Shown here: positions 1-27,594 of the stretch, piece after piece | Numbering within the stretch: the stretch's first letter is position 1 | Layout of the letters: each line of letters starts with the position of its first letter | Assembly (NCBI GenBank): GCA_012295275.1 | Contig: CM022673.1 | Location: forward strand, 14,384,001 to 14,448,000 | Length of the DNA stretch: 64,000 nt | Reading direction: 5' to 3' | DNA from: Chrysomallon squamiferum | Lineage: Eukaryota; Animalia; Mollusca | Program-made: the position numbers and the translations under genes | Notes under the pieces: model-generated | Told to the model about the DNA's origin: nothing | The model's input: the letters and a program-made list of their open reading frames with translations, nothing else | Databases searched by the model: none

Positions 1-80
1 TTTTTTTTTTATTTTTTTTTTTGTCATTTGTAATTATAATTAAGAAGGAACACATGATTTCAACACTCTTACGTAGAAAC

Positions 81-111
<31 letters not shown>

Positions 112-1441
112 ATATGTCGACTGTTATGTATATTAGTTTTGAAATGAAGAACTGATTTTTTTCATCATTATCATCACCGTGTAGCTGTAGATTCCCATTG
201 TTTAACGAAAACCTCTGATTATTGTTTCCTGTCTTGGCCTGTCTTCTGTCATATGGTTCCTTTCTAAAAGTGTGTCCCTCTATTGTCTTTATTCTAAACC
301 GTTTATATATTTATATACAGAAAAATGTGGAAAAGAAAGAATGCAGAGAATAAAAATAAAGACGACAAATGATACAAATTCTGCTATGGATGAAAACTAA
401 TTATACTTTACAAACATATATCTGTTTTAGAGTTATGTCAAATATTCTATCACCTTCCAGAACATTCTGTTCTTTCACCGATATCTTTAAAAGCGACACA
501 ACTTGCAGTGTGTTGATATTTAAAGACATGCTGATCTTTTCGCGACTCACCTGGGATATTTACCTTGAGTCAAGCTTGCCTGTTTGTCAACGAGGAGTGG
601 CGGGGAGGTTAGACAAATGTCTCGTGTGAGGTGAATCCCTCAGTGTCTGCAGCGAGCGACGTTACGCCATATTTGTGAGCAGAAGTCACAGTGTTTTAAC
701 TCCGATTGATTAAACACACCCTCGTTTGTACAACCCATATGACTAATATAGCATCTAAATATCAAACAGAAGTTTTAAATTTGTCTTTGATTCTTATATT
801 TGTGATTTCACACTGGACAAACCAAGTGACTGAAAATTCAGTTTGATTTTTATTTATTTATTTATTTTTTTTTATTTATTCATTCATTTTCGAAAATCGT
901 TATTAGTGAGTGAGTTAATCAAATTCGATTTTTATTCTGAACACTTTAAATCATACAGCAAAATGACAAGTCTGTAAAATCAACAGATAAATGTAGATTC
1001 GACAAGAAGAATATTTCTTCCCAGCTTTGTTTTCAGTTGTTTTTCTATTAATATTTATATTTATAATTATCGTTCTGCAGATGATAAAACTGTAATAAAG
1101 GTACATATATTTAACAATTGATAATTATACTATCAAAATCTAGAAAATAAAGATAGACAAATATACATAACAAATAAAAACAATAAAAAAGAAAGAAAGA
1201 AAGAAATACCAATAAAGTCTGTTTTTTTTTTTTTAAATTATATATGCTCCCCACAGCCCAAAAAATGAAAGAATTAAAAAATGTATAAAGTAAAGAAAAG
1301 TAAAATTAAACAAAATATTCAGTAAAAGAACAGAACTGTTATTTTATTGACAGTTTTCGTAGTTACACTTTATTGTCATAACTCTTCATTCTATGGTTAG
1401 TAACTAACACTATTTAGAATGTGTCAGATGCTTCTAACTGA

Positions 1442-2692
<1,251 letters not shown>

Positions 2693-3286
2693 TAATGTGA
2701 AAATAATACAAATATTTATTGACATCTTCCAGAAAAATAGACATTAATAACAATTAAATCAAAACAGAACATTATACATACATACATATATACATTTCTC
2801 AGTAATATTTTATATCTGTCTCTGTCTTTTTAACAGTTTGTCTGTCTCAGTGTCTGTACAGAAATATTCAGCTGACACAACATCCGCATGAACACATTCT
2901 TTAGATGATACTGGATTTATAAACCTGACTTCATTTGTTCACTTGTGCTTTTATTTATTTACATTTCATTGTTATATTTGAAATATTTATGTTTATTGCA
3001 GCAATTATATAAATAATTAAAACGAATATACAACTCTGTTGTTGTTGGGTTTTTTTCTTTGTTATTATTATTTTTTTTATCTGGTTGTCACTTTTTAAAA
3101 AATTACACCTTCTGCCAGAATGTCTTAAATAGTGTCTTTTGAAATCTTTACGGAAAAATACTTGTTCGGAAATGTATTCTGTGATAAATTTAAACAACTG
3201 TTGGTTCTAAATCTCTGAACACAGATATACACAATTTGTATATGAACGTTGCTGCTACTAGAAGCATGGCTTTTATGAAATGTTTA

Positions 3287-3288
<2 letters not shown>

Positions 3289-3342
<54 letters not shown>
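3289..3342. repeat. (CA)n microsatellite
   Basis: Direct reading. Confidence 0.95.
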
Positions 3343-3345
<3 letters not shown>

Positions 3346-3552
3346 TCAACAGACTGCTACGCACGCGCACACACGCAGGTAATTAAAGCACAAAAATTCG
3401 ACTAACGATCAAACTGTAATCAAGTATCTGAAGTAACACCTATTAAATAACACGATGACCTTCCCAACCCAGACAGTGACTTGTCGTATTTTGAAATTCA
3501 TCAACAACTGCACAATTATTACGAACATGCTATCTGGAAATTGCTGACTTAA

Positions 3553-3555
3553 TAC

Positions 3556-3631
<76 letters not shown>

Positions 3632-3640
3632 GTATGTATA
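3553..3640. repeat. (TACA)/(TA)n/(TATG) compound microsatellite
   Basis: Direct reading. Confidence 0.9.
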
Positions 3641-4212
3641 TGCGTGTTTTTAAATGTTTTGTGTATGTTTCTCTGTGTGTGTGTGTGCGTATGTGCGCGC
3701 GCGCAAACACACACATACATACATGTATTATAAAATTGTTTTAATGTGTACACGTACGTCTGTTTAGCAGTCCATAACAGATCTATAAAAATATGGAATC
3801 TGACAGTTACAGAGAAAACGAAATAATTACAGTGAAACTATTAATGATTAAGAAATGACAAAGAGAGAGACAAAAGCTAGAATTTATATAAATATGCTGA
3901 ATTAATTGCCAGAAAACAAACATAAATATAAATAGATTACTTTTATTACATTTTTGCTTCTTCATGCAACTGAAGAACTATTTATTTCAAATGTCTCTCT
4001 TCTGAAATTGATATCATCATCATCATCAATAATAATAATAATAATAATAATAATAATTAAAATCTTTATTTATGATAAAATTATATCGAACTGAATATTT
4101 CGATTTCCGAATCTGCAGTTTATAACGGAAATGTACGAAATATAACGATTAAGGTTTCGTCAATAATATTATATGTCCTTGACATTTCTTCCATTATTGA
4201 CCTCGACCTTTT

Positions 4213-4264
4213 AAGATGGCCGATGTTTGTCCAGAGGATGCATGAATGATGCATGTCACGTGTG
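4213..4264 (+). promoter_or_regulatory. Probable GPR155 promoter/5' region with a YY1-like motif and a CLEAR-like E-box
   Basis: Locally GC/CpG-richer patch at 4200-4500. AAGATGGCCG at 4213-4222 and GTCACGTG at 4255-4262. The first coding exon is preceded by an acceptor (5616 or 5624), so a non-coding exon must lie upstream; candidate donor at 4499. Confidence 0.55.
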
Positions 4265-4528
4265 TTCGTGTCTTGTCGAGTCTACATTGTTGGTAAATCA
4301 ATATCTGTGTTGTCGGTGTTGCGCGTCAAGCCGTGGGCTGTGTCATGGAGGAGAAAGAGGCGCAGCGGAAAGCGACAGAGTTTCCAGATGTTTTGTCAAA
4401 ACCGAACGAGGGAAAAAGTGAAAGTTGAAACCGGCTGATATAAGTTTACAACTGACTTTGTCACATTCGTACACTATAATTAATTCGGTGTGGACAGGGT
4501 ATTTATTTTCTTCGTTAATATATTTGGT

Positions 4529-4532
<4 letters not shown>

Positions 4533-4612
<80 letters not shown>
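4533..4612. repeat. (CT)n microsatellite
   Basis: Direct reading. Confidence 0.95.
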
Positions 4613-4614
<2 letters not shown>

Positions 4615-5486
4615 GAGATTTTTAAATTAATAACAAGTCGAAGAAAGGAAGAAATATTTTATTCTGTATAAGTCACTGTATTAAACTGCAACTAAGCAGC
4701 CTAAGTACAATTTAATTCAGTTTTTAAATATATTTTTTATTAACTTCTCTAAAACTATTTGTAAATTATTAACCTACAAATTGTATCGCATTATGATTAT
4801 ATATGCTCATAAGAGAAGAAACGTGCCTACAAAGGGCTGCTTCCTGTTTCACTTGCATGTACAGGAGATCACATACTACACCTACTAGTGTGTGAGTGTG
4901 AAAATCACTTGTGAAACAGAGCGATAGTAACTGGATTCCTATCACTGCATAACAGTTTGGTCTAAGACAAACTACACTCTTACATTTTTATTATTAATTT
5001 TTATATTCACAGTTACTAATTAGGCATATGTTTCTAATGTAAAGACATTTCCTGACTTTATGAGCAGAGTGGTTATAAACTGTAATTGACAGCAAAGAGA
5101 AAATACTGAAATTAAAAAATAATTGAAAATTTGGGCATTTTTATAATAAATATGGCAACATTCCCCCCCCCTTCCTATTTCAGGAAATATATTTATTGTG
5201 CAACAATGTAAAACTTTGTATAAATGTTCACATAATTTGTGTCACTATGTTACACAGTTATTTTCATTCAGACTCCAGCAATGTTTAACAAAGTAGATCT
5301 TTATTGTACTTGTATTTTATGTTTTAATTGATGTAAAATATTATAATCTTAATCTTTTCTATGTTAACAGGAAATTAGCCAATACTGGATATGGGAGTTG
5401 ATGTAATGAAGCATATTACATATATTTTAAGATTTTAAACTATTTTGATTTTGTTTATTTATTTATTTATTTTTTTGTTTATTTAC

Positions 5487-5534
<48 letters not shown>

Positions 5535-5665
5535 GCAATATTTTAAGCTCATCAACGCTTTCTGAGTTACATTATTTAGGTTTTATTTGTATAATTATTT
5601 TATATTTGTTCTCCAGATTTCCAGATCCACATTAAAAACTTGCAGTCCAGCTGAAGACGTCAAAG

Positions 5666-19295
<13,630 letters not shown>

Positions 19296-19731
19296 TTAAC
19301 TTGTAGATCTACCTTACTTCTACAAGTTTGTCACACATGAAGAACATGTCCAGTGTTAGTTAACTTGTAGATCTACCTTACTTCTACAAGTTTGTCACAC
19401 ACGAAGAACATGTCCAGTGTTAGTTAACTTGTAGATCTACCTTACTTCTACAAGTTTGTCACACACGAAGAACATGTACAGTGTTAGTTAACTTGTAGAT
19501 CTTCCTTACTTCTACAAGTTTGTCACACATGAACATGTACAGTGTTAATTAACTTGTTTTTAATAACCAACAAAAGAGACAAACACAGATTAAACAAATT
19601 TGTTTTAATATTTGACATGAAGATAAACCCCCAGGGAACATGTTCAATGAGTCATACTCAGGGGTAACATTAACACTGTACACTTTATTTTATAAACACC
19701 ACAGTTGAGCAGCTGGTAATAGCAGTATGTA

Positions 19732-19988
19732 CATGTTGAGAATCCTTCATCCAGAATTCTTGGGACTGGAAGTATTTCGGATTTTGGAATATAAGGAGAA
19801 TTTACAGCTCAGTATGAATTAAATTTAATTTTCGTTTACAGCTTACACAGATAGTCTGCAGGATTTTTGAAATAATACAATTTGTAAGTTGAAAACTGTA
19901 AGATATTATTTCTGCTGCTTGGAAAAAGTTTTGGATTTTGAGTCAGCTTTTCGGATTTCGGAATTTTGGATACGGGATCCTCAGCCTG
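19732..19988. mobile_element. Non-autonomous DNA transposon (MITE), pogo/Tigger-like, 257 bp
   Basis: Flanked by TA on both sides (19730-19731, 19989-19990). Imperfect terminal inverted repeats: CATGTTGAGAATCCTTCATCCAGAATTC versus the reverse complement of the right end, CAGGCTGAGGATCCCGTATCCAAAATTC (21/28 identical). Subterminal GGATTTT/CGGATTT repeats. Resembles Tigger4/Zombi ends as I recall them. Confidence 0.8.
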
Positions 19989-22900
19989 TACATAACTGAT
20001 CAGGAGTAACACACTGAATACTACACGCACACTGTGTCACAATTGACAGGGGAACACACATGTAAACCAGGCATAAAACTGAATATTACTATAAAATAGG
20101 AGTATGAGACCCTATCTGTGTCTGAGTGCCAGGATAACTAGATATCTATACCTGTAACACTGGTAGATGTTCAGATGTGGGGAAATAAATGTCCGCTCAT
20201 AGGTTTTATAATAACAGATGTTGGAAAACTAGAAATAATTTGTGTTAATTTGACTCTGAAAAAGTTTTTCTGACTCTAGTAACGAGTTCACAACTACAAG
20301 TTAATCTCTATACAGATTGCACAAGCAGATGTTAATGATATCAGAACTGCAGCATGTCACAGTTAATATCCGATATCACCCTGATTTAATTTTAGCATTA
20401 CTGATTAAAATATCACCAGCATAGCCACTACAGGAAGTAATCTGATAGCAGTTTTCTTTTCATGTTTCTGTAAAATCCATTAGACATTTAGCGACCTGCA
20501 TTTCAGTGTGCAGTTACATAATCCAGCCTTTGTATGTGAAGATATAGTTGTGTTTATTTTGTTTATTAACAGATACTGTTGTGTTTTTTTTCATTCTTAT
20601 GTGAATTGTCTAGAAAACATTTATTATTTTGGTTGTGATAAAAATATAAAAAAAGTTTTTTTTTTGAGGCATTTATTTTGTCATTATATTGACAAAGAGT
20701 AATGTGATATAGTTTTTATTTGTTGTATTATAATTATATTTTGATAATTCTGTCAGTATTGTTTTGAAAATGATGTATATTTTATTTGGTTTCAAGGTTT
20801 TATTGTATTTTGTGAGGCAGGTTGTTTTTGTTATATATATATATTTGCAATATTGAGTGTCTTTGATTTAGTGTTAATTATTTCATAACAACAACAACAA
20901 CAACAACAACAACAGTGAAATGATAATGATAATAAATGTTATTCCCACATTTAATTTTACTTCAATTCTTATCTAAGGTTTAATCATGATACTTGTATAT
21001 TTTGTTGTTTATAAATAGTATTCTTTTCAGATTAAACTAAATACAATATTAAGATAAAAAGTGATGAAAATCAAAGAACAGAGTTATTTAAATGGATGAT
21101 TATTTTAATCTTGGCATAAAATAAAAATTAGACAATTTATATTTTGCTATCAAAGGTATATACATGGTTGAATTATTTATTGAATATTTAGAGAAACTGA
21201 AAAAATAAATTAGTACTAATGTTTCTCTGTGTGATGTATATTTATGTTTGTGGTATACTTATATATTGAAATCTGCTTATGTAATGTGTTTGTGCAAGAA
21301 TGTTTATAATAATATATTATCTGTTATGTTTTGTTTTCTTATGCAGTAAATCAGCATTATTTGTGTTTTGGTAGTCTCCAGATTTATATCATTTTTTATA
21401 ACACACACAAACACGCACAACATATATAAAAAACACAGTTTATTCATGTAAATACAAACACATGCACACAAATGCCCAAACACACTCACAAACATACACA
21501 AGCAAACACATACACATATTTTAAAAACAACAATTTTATTTTTATCACTGCCTGTTATATCTGTTTTGTTAGTTGTATTATTGTTGTTAATGTACATTTT
21601 TTTTATTAATATATTTTTTGTAACAAATGTTCCATTGCTGTTTGCATTTTTATGGTTTACTTTTTGTTTTCCCTTTGTAACCTATTTTACATCTATATAC
21701 ATTTATTTACATATGGGTGTAGTTGAAACTGTCCAAACATTTGTAAAATATATTAATATTTACATTTAATGTTTTTTATTTTCACAGATGCACAAATGTT
21801 TGTCATTCCTAGTCCTTATTTATGCTGAATAATGTTTAAAAAAAACTTTTTTTTTTTGTTAAATAATTCAGTTCATACCCATGATAAAAACCAAGCTGTT
21901 TATTTTATTTTTTAATAAATTTAAATTATACTGATGTTTTTAGTTTGTTCATTTGTTTTTTTGTTAAATAGTTTATTGTTTATTCATTTGATATAAATTT
22001 TCATACATTCTCACTGTTATGACACATTTGTAAAGCTAGTATTAACATATTAAGCTGTTTGAAATTTGGTTATGTTAACAGAAAACTGAAGTTGATCAGT
22101 CTGAACTCACAGGTGGGATCTGGCTTTCTGTCAGTATACTAGGTTGTTAGAGGTAAGAAAGAAGTTACTTACTTCCCAGATTAACTCTGTTATATCTATG
22201 AATGTTTATGTGTGTATAAAGTGTCTGTGTGTGAGTCAGTGATGTGTAAAGCATTGCAGTTTGCTAAACAAAATCATCTAGTAAACAATAGAGAAAATGG
22301 CAGTTACATTAACATTTGCCAATTTCTTTATATATATGAATATATATTATCATATCATTTTATGTAACAAAATGTTTTAATTAGAGAAACACCATCATGT
22401 GTAGATACTTCTCACATGGCAATTATCTGGCTTTTCTTTTATTTAAGTCAACTACATTTTTGTGATGCCCTCACAGCATAACACATTTTAGAAAAATCAG
22501 CAGATTACACATCTAACAGAATATCAGCCTAGTATTTCCCCTTGCACACTAATTGTTACTAAAATCAGTGCCACACAAAACATTTAGTTGAAGGAAACAT
22601 TAAGCCAGTTCTTGTCTAGGATGAGTAACACAGATTAGAATCCACATCATGAAAAACAATTGTAGATTGGTGAAATTAGTTCATGGGGAAGATTTGATCT
22701 TGTGACCTGTCAAACACTGGGCCAGCATTTCAGTAACCTCTGTGTTAAATGTTTATAAAATAAATAATAAAATAAACCTGTCTAGATTAGTGATCAATTA
22801 ACCTCAATCATGTAATCATGTTGAACAAAAGACAAAACAAAGAGATACAAGTTAAATTTATTGAAAAATTATAGATTGCATTTCAGTAAGCATCTCCAAA

Positions 22901-24476
22901 TGTTCACTTTACAGTGTGTGTATAATTAATTATTACAGAGTTATCATATTGTTGAAGTCTTAACACTTGTTAAATGTTAACACATATTATCAGGAAAACC
23001 AGTGTGAACAAATTTAACCATACAAAGTCCGATGCAGTCAGGCAAAGTTGTTGGTATGTACTCCACTGCATACAATTCATCTTTCTTTCTAACTTATAGT
23101 CTAGTGACTTTTAACACTCACAACTAAGAAATACATTCTGAGTTGCTCTATTTAAAGACATATTTAAAAGAGAAATTAACTTAAGACAGTACAATGAAGT
23201 TATTTATTTTTCAGAACCAGAAAGATTTCAAACTACTTCACACTTTCTAAATAAGATGTTGGTTATGTAAGAATTTATTTATAAAAATAAAAAGTACAAT
23301 ACATGTTTGGACTTTAAAAACCTTTTAATATAATTAGAAGAGAAAAATAATATAAAATAATGTTTGACAAAAGAAATGTTCTGAAATCAGTTTAGTAAAA
23401 TTAGATAATTTACATAAGATGTGATCCTCTCTGTCAAAATTGGTCATACTGATGCTGTGCAGATTTGTTAAGAGAATTAATTTGTTTCAAATGATACTAA
23501 AATTACGTTCCAAACTCATTGACGATTCACACTGGTTCTTCTATAAAGTTCTCTTGTAAGAACTTCCTCTTATTTTTCTTATACGTTAGTTACCACAACA
23601 AAGATACCTACTTTCTCAATTATCTGAGCTAATGTACCTAGTTGTAATCTTTTCAAAAATGAAAATAGCCCAAATTAGCTGAATTTGTTATGTTTGACTG
23701 TAAAATGAAAATCGTTATTCACTATTTACACATAACATCAATGGGTCCATTTTAAAATTTAAAATTTTTCTCATTTCAAATATTATTCTGAAACAAGTTA
23801 AACATAAACCAAAAAATACTTGAAAAATTCACAAGCATTTTGAATCATAAAATAAGAATGGTTTTGTTTACATGAGAATCAATAAAAAATTTGCTATCCT
23901 TTTTATTTACTCAAAATTTAATTTACTGAGTAATTTATGATTTCAAACAAGATGTTTACACTAAAGAAATTTTATAAAACAAAATAGTTTAATCAGTACA
24001 GAAGAAAAAAGATACATAAAGAAATTTCATTTTGTTAATAATGAAATAGAAAAGCAAAATGGTGCATGGTACAGAGCTGTGGTCTGTTATTAATAATAAA
24101 GCTGAGAATAAAATATTTTATAATAAAGGGTATACATACTGAGATATGAGATTAAAGACAATATTACTGATTTTTTTTTTTTTTTTTAATCAATGAAAAT
24201 TTAAAATTAAAAAATAACTTCTCTCATTAACATAGTATTGTTATTTAAGCAAAGAATAAATAAATTGATCACCCAGTTGCATATATTATACAGTAACCCA
24301 ATGATAATATGCAGGTTTATATACACTCAATCTGACTGACGTAAATTAATGTTAGTTTATGTACAATAAACATTTTATTTACAGTCAGTAAACATAGAAA
24401 CACAAACATTAATAATAATAATAATAATAACAAAAATGAAGATAGTAATAACAATAATAATAGTAATAACAACAGC

Positions 24477-24507
<31 letters not shown>

Positions 24508-27500
24508 GCCAAAGAAACAGTAGTAAAAATAAAAAACAAATAAAAGCCCAGTAATGATATTAAAAACATGAAACTGTCAAATTAATCATCGTTAACAAAA
24601 ACAAAATATAATAAAATAGAGTAAATCATTAATAACATCAGAAATAATCATGAAAATTAAGGAAATGGGGGAGATGATGCAGTATGATGTTGTATTATTG
24701 ACTTACATGCAGTGATGGACAAAAATCACTGAACTGCTGTTTAGATTGTGAGAAAGGGGGAGCGTAGCAGAAATACTTCTATTTTTCCTATTACTCATGA
24801 TACCTTTAAATATAAATAAAGTAGAGAAAAAAAAAAAAAAAAAAAAATGTAAAAAAAAAAAAAAAAAAAAAAAAAAACAGGTCTAGAAAATGTTAGAATA
24901 ATCTGGTATGATGGCTGAATAATTTGAAGAAATAACAGTTCGACAGTTTTAGCAGTTAAGTTAATTTCATATTTTATAGTTAAGTTAATTTCACAGTTTT
25001 ACAGTTAACTAACAGTTTACAGCTTCCAGGAATAATACTAAAACTTTATTTTGCAGACTTCATATTCCTTTGAGCAAACAATTTGATAATAATAATAATC
25101 ATCATAATAAAGAAAATTGAAAAAAACAAAAAAACAAAAATACACAAAAAGCAATAAACTACAAAACAAATGGAAGGACAGACAGACAAACAAAGAAGTA
25201 ATATATTATATACAATATCTGGAATGATTTGTATCAAGCCAATGACAAACTTCTAAAACTGGCACAGTCTTCAACAATCCAATCATGCATTACTACAAAA
25301 GTCTTGAAAACTTTCAGTTTAAAACTTTTGTAAATTATAAAACATTCAAGTATGTTGTAATCACACATTTTTGTCTTGTAATTACATTTAGTTCTGTTGT
25401 AAAAATATGATCATTTCTACCACAGTTGGATCTTTAAACCCAACAAAGTCTGCTTTAAGCAACACACAAACACAGGTCAGCCAAACTAATCAAAACAGCC
25501 GAGAGAGAAAAAAAAAAAGTGTATTGAGGCACAGTAATCAAGATAAGAAGCTCAGTTTGGAAATTATCACATCACAAATCTAAGTGGATATGTAAAGAAA
25601 AGTAATTTACAAAAGTATTAAATATATACTGTATACACTGATGTGCACATCAACATTATGTACTGCAGCATCATCTACATTTGCTGTGACAGAGAATACT
25701 AGAGCAGCATCTACAACATTCGCAGATGTTGGTGGTGTTATGAAAATCAGGACTGTAATGCGTACACAATCAGCAGTCTTGTGACATCAATAAAACAGAA
25801 TGAAGTTACATATATTTTATTTTTAACTAGGCTTAAATACAAATATCAAGGGATGCTTTAAATTTAGAAAATTAGTTTACAATCATTTCAGTGTAACAGA
25901 TTTTTATCATTTCTCTCCTTTGACAAATTATTATTTCATGGAATCTGAAATCATTATTATTCTAAATGAGTATGTAAATATTTAATGTCTGGAAAGAAAA
26001 TATTAATAATAATAAATAGTAATAAATTAAATTAATAGTAACAATAAAGTCTGACATCTATTTATGTTAAATTATAAACTTCTGATAAAAACTAGCTTTA
26101 TTTAAGATAAAAAAAAAATAAACATTTCGGCAGTTAAAAATAAATTAAAAATTGTGTAAAAATAAAACAATTCTGAGATGAGAATAGCTTTAATAATAAT
26201 AATAATAAAAAAAATGTCGACACATTTAAAAAGTGGTTTTTAACAACTAGACAAGTTTTCAGAATTTTAATGTGGAAGTGAATTAACATATTTTTACAAG
26301 GTCTAATTAAATGCTGTATTTAAATATCACTGAGTAGGCTGCTAGCACCAGTAACACACAACTGTTAGTAAAGCAGATTGCAGCAGATTTTAGTATACAT
26401 TAGTCAAGAGAAAATTCTTAAATAACTGCTTGATGATATCTGTCAAATAAAAATTCTGTATAACAGTTTGTGTTAGATACATTTCTGTTAAATCAAATTC
26501 CAAATGAAAACTGTAAATCTAACCCAATAAACAGAATACAATTTAATTTAGTCAATTATTACAGAAATTACAAATTTTGTGTCTTTGCTTCTTCATTTGT
26601 TAATTAAAAGAAAGCTAATGGCAAGATCAAAACAAATGTGAACAATAAAGAAATGATTTTGTGTCCAGCACTTTTCATTCACATGTCATTGACACCATGA
26701 TAACCAAGTACATTAAAAACACAAATAACTTAACCATGCAGAACTGCAAGGAAATTACTATTACATTAATGAACATACATCAGGTAATTTTCATATTACG
26801 AATGTATAAATTAAATAATTTAAAAAATTTATTTTGTCCCTGATAACCAACTACAATACATCCCTTCAATTCATTTAACAGAAACTGGCATGACCATTCC
26901 AATAAAATTCTAATGAGTTCTATGGATACTATCTTGAGTTGTAGTTTTTTGGATATATTTTGCTCATCTTAAAAAGGTAAGGATAAAAGCACTTTAGCAT
27001 CTATTTAAACATTTCTGATCTTTTGTCCCTGTAATATAAAGCGTTCCATTTTACGAATGTGATAGTGTATAACTGTCTGCAGTTCCATGTTTTAGAATGA
27101 AACACTCGGGGTATGATGTCCGTGCCAATCAGAAAACATGTGGTTACTTCATTTCTAGATTTACCATCTGTTCGTCTGTTTTAACATCCACCAGTCACAT
27201 CTGTTTTAAAAACATTCCTTCCCCAATTCTAGCCTAATATTCATCAAATCTATTATTTACAATGTTCTTCAGTATCCACCGATACTGACATCCACCAGAA
27301 AAATTTGTCTTTTATGATGTTCTAGCTTTAGAAATATTTATCAACTGAATTTGTTATTTACAATTTGCTCTAGTAATTCATCAGTCGACTCTCAGAAAGA
27401 ACACGGTAAAACAGTTTAAAACCAACAGAAAATGACAGATGCACACTAAACTACTGAAGAATATTATTGTGCTGTTTGTTATCCAGGTGCAGTAAGGAGG

Positions 27501-27594
27501 AAAAAGTTTATCATTATGAAAATAGGTGTGCCTCTGAAAAAAGCACTTTGTGGTTAGGGTTATAGCATGTATAATGTACTGACACCACCCATTT

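Noticed and set aside
540-720. GC-richer patch in the tubulin intron as a possible upstream tubulin exon
   Set aside because: I could not read the conserved RECISIHVGQAG...DLEPTV sequence there; it may be regulatory but that is unsupported.
5371-5402. Possible small 5' UTR exon of GPR155
   Set aside because: The acceptor is plausible but the donor is weak, and it cannot be tested without transcripts.
19836-20030. 64-aa ORF with a signal-peptide-like start
   Set aside because: Starts at GTG and runs through the MITE; no splice or homology support.
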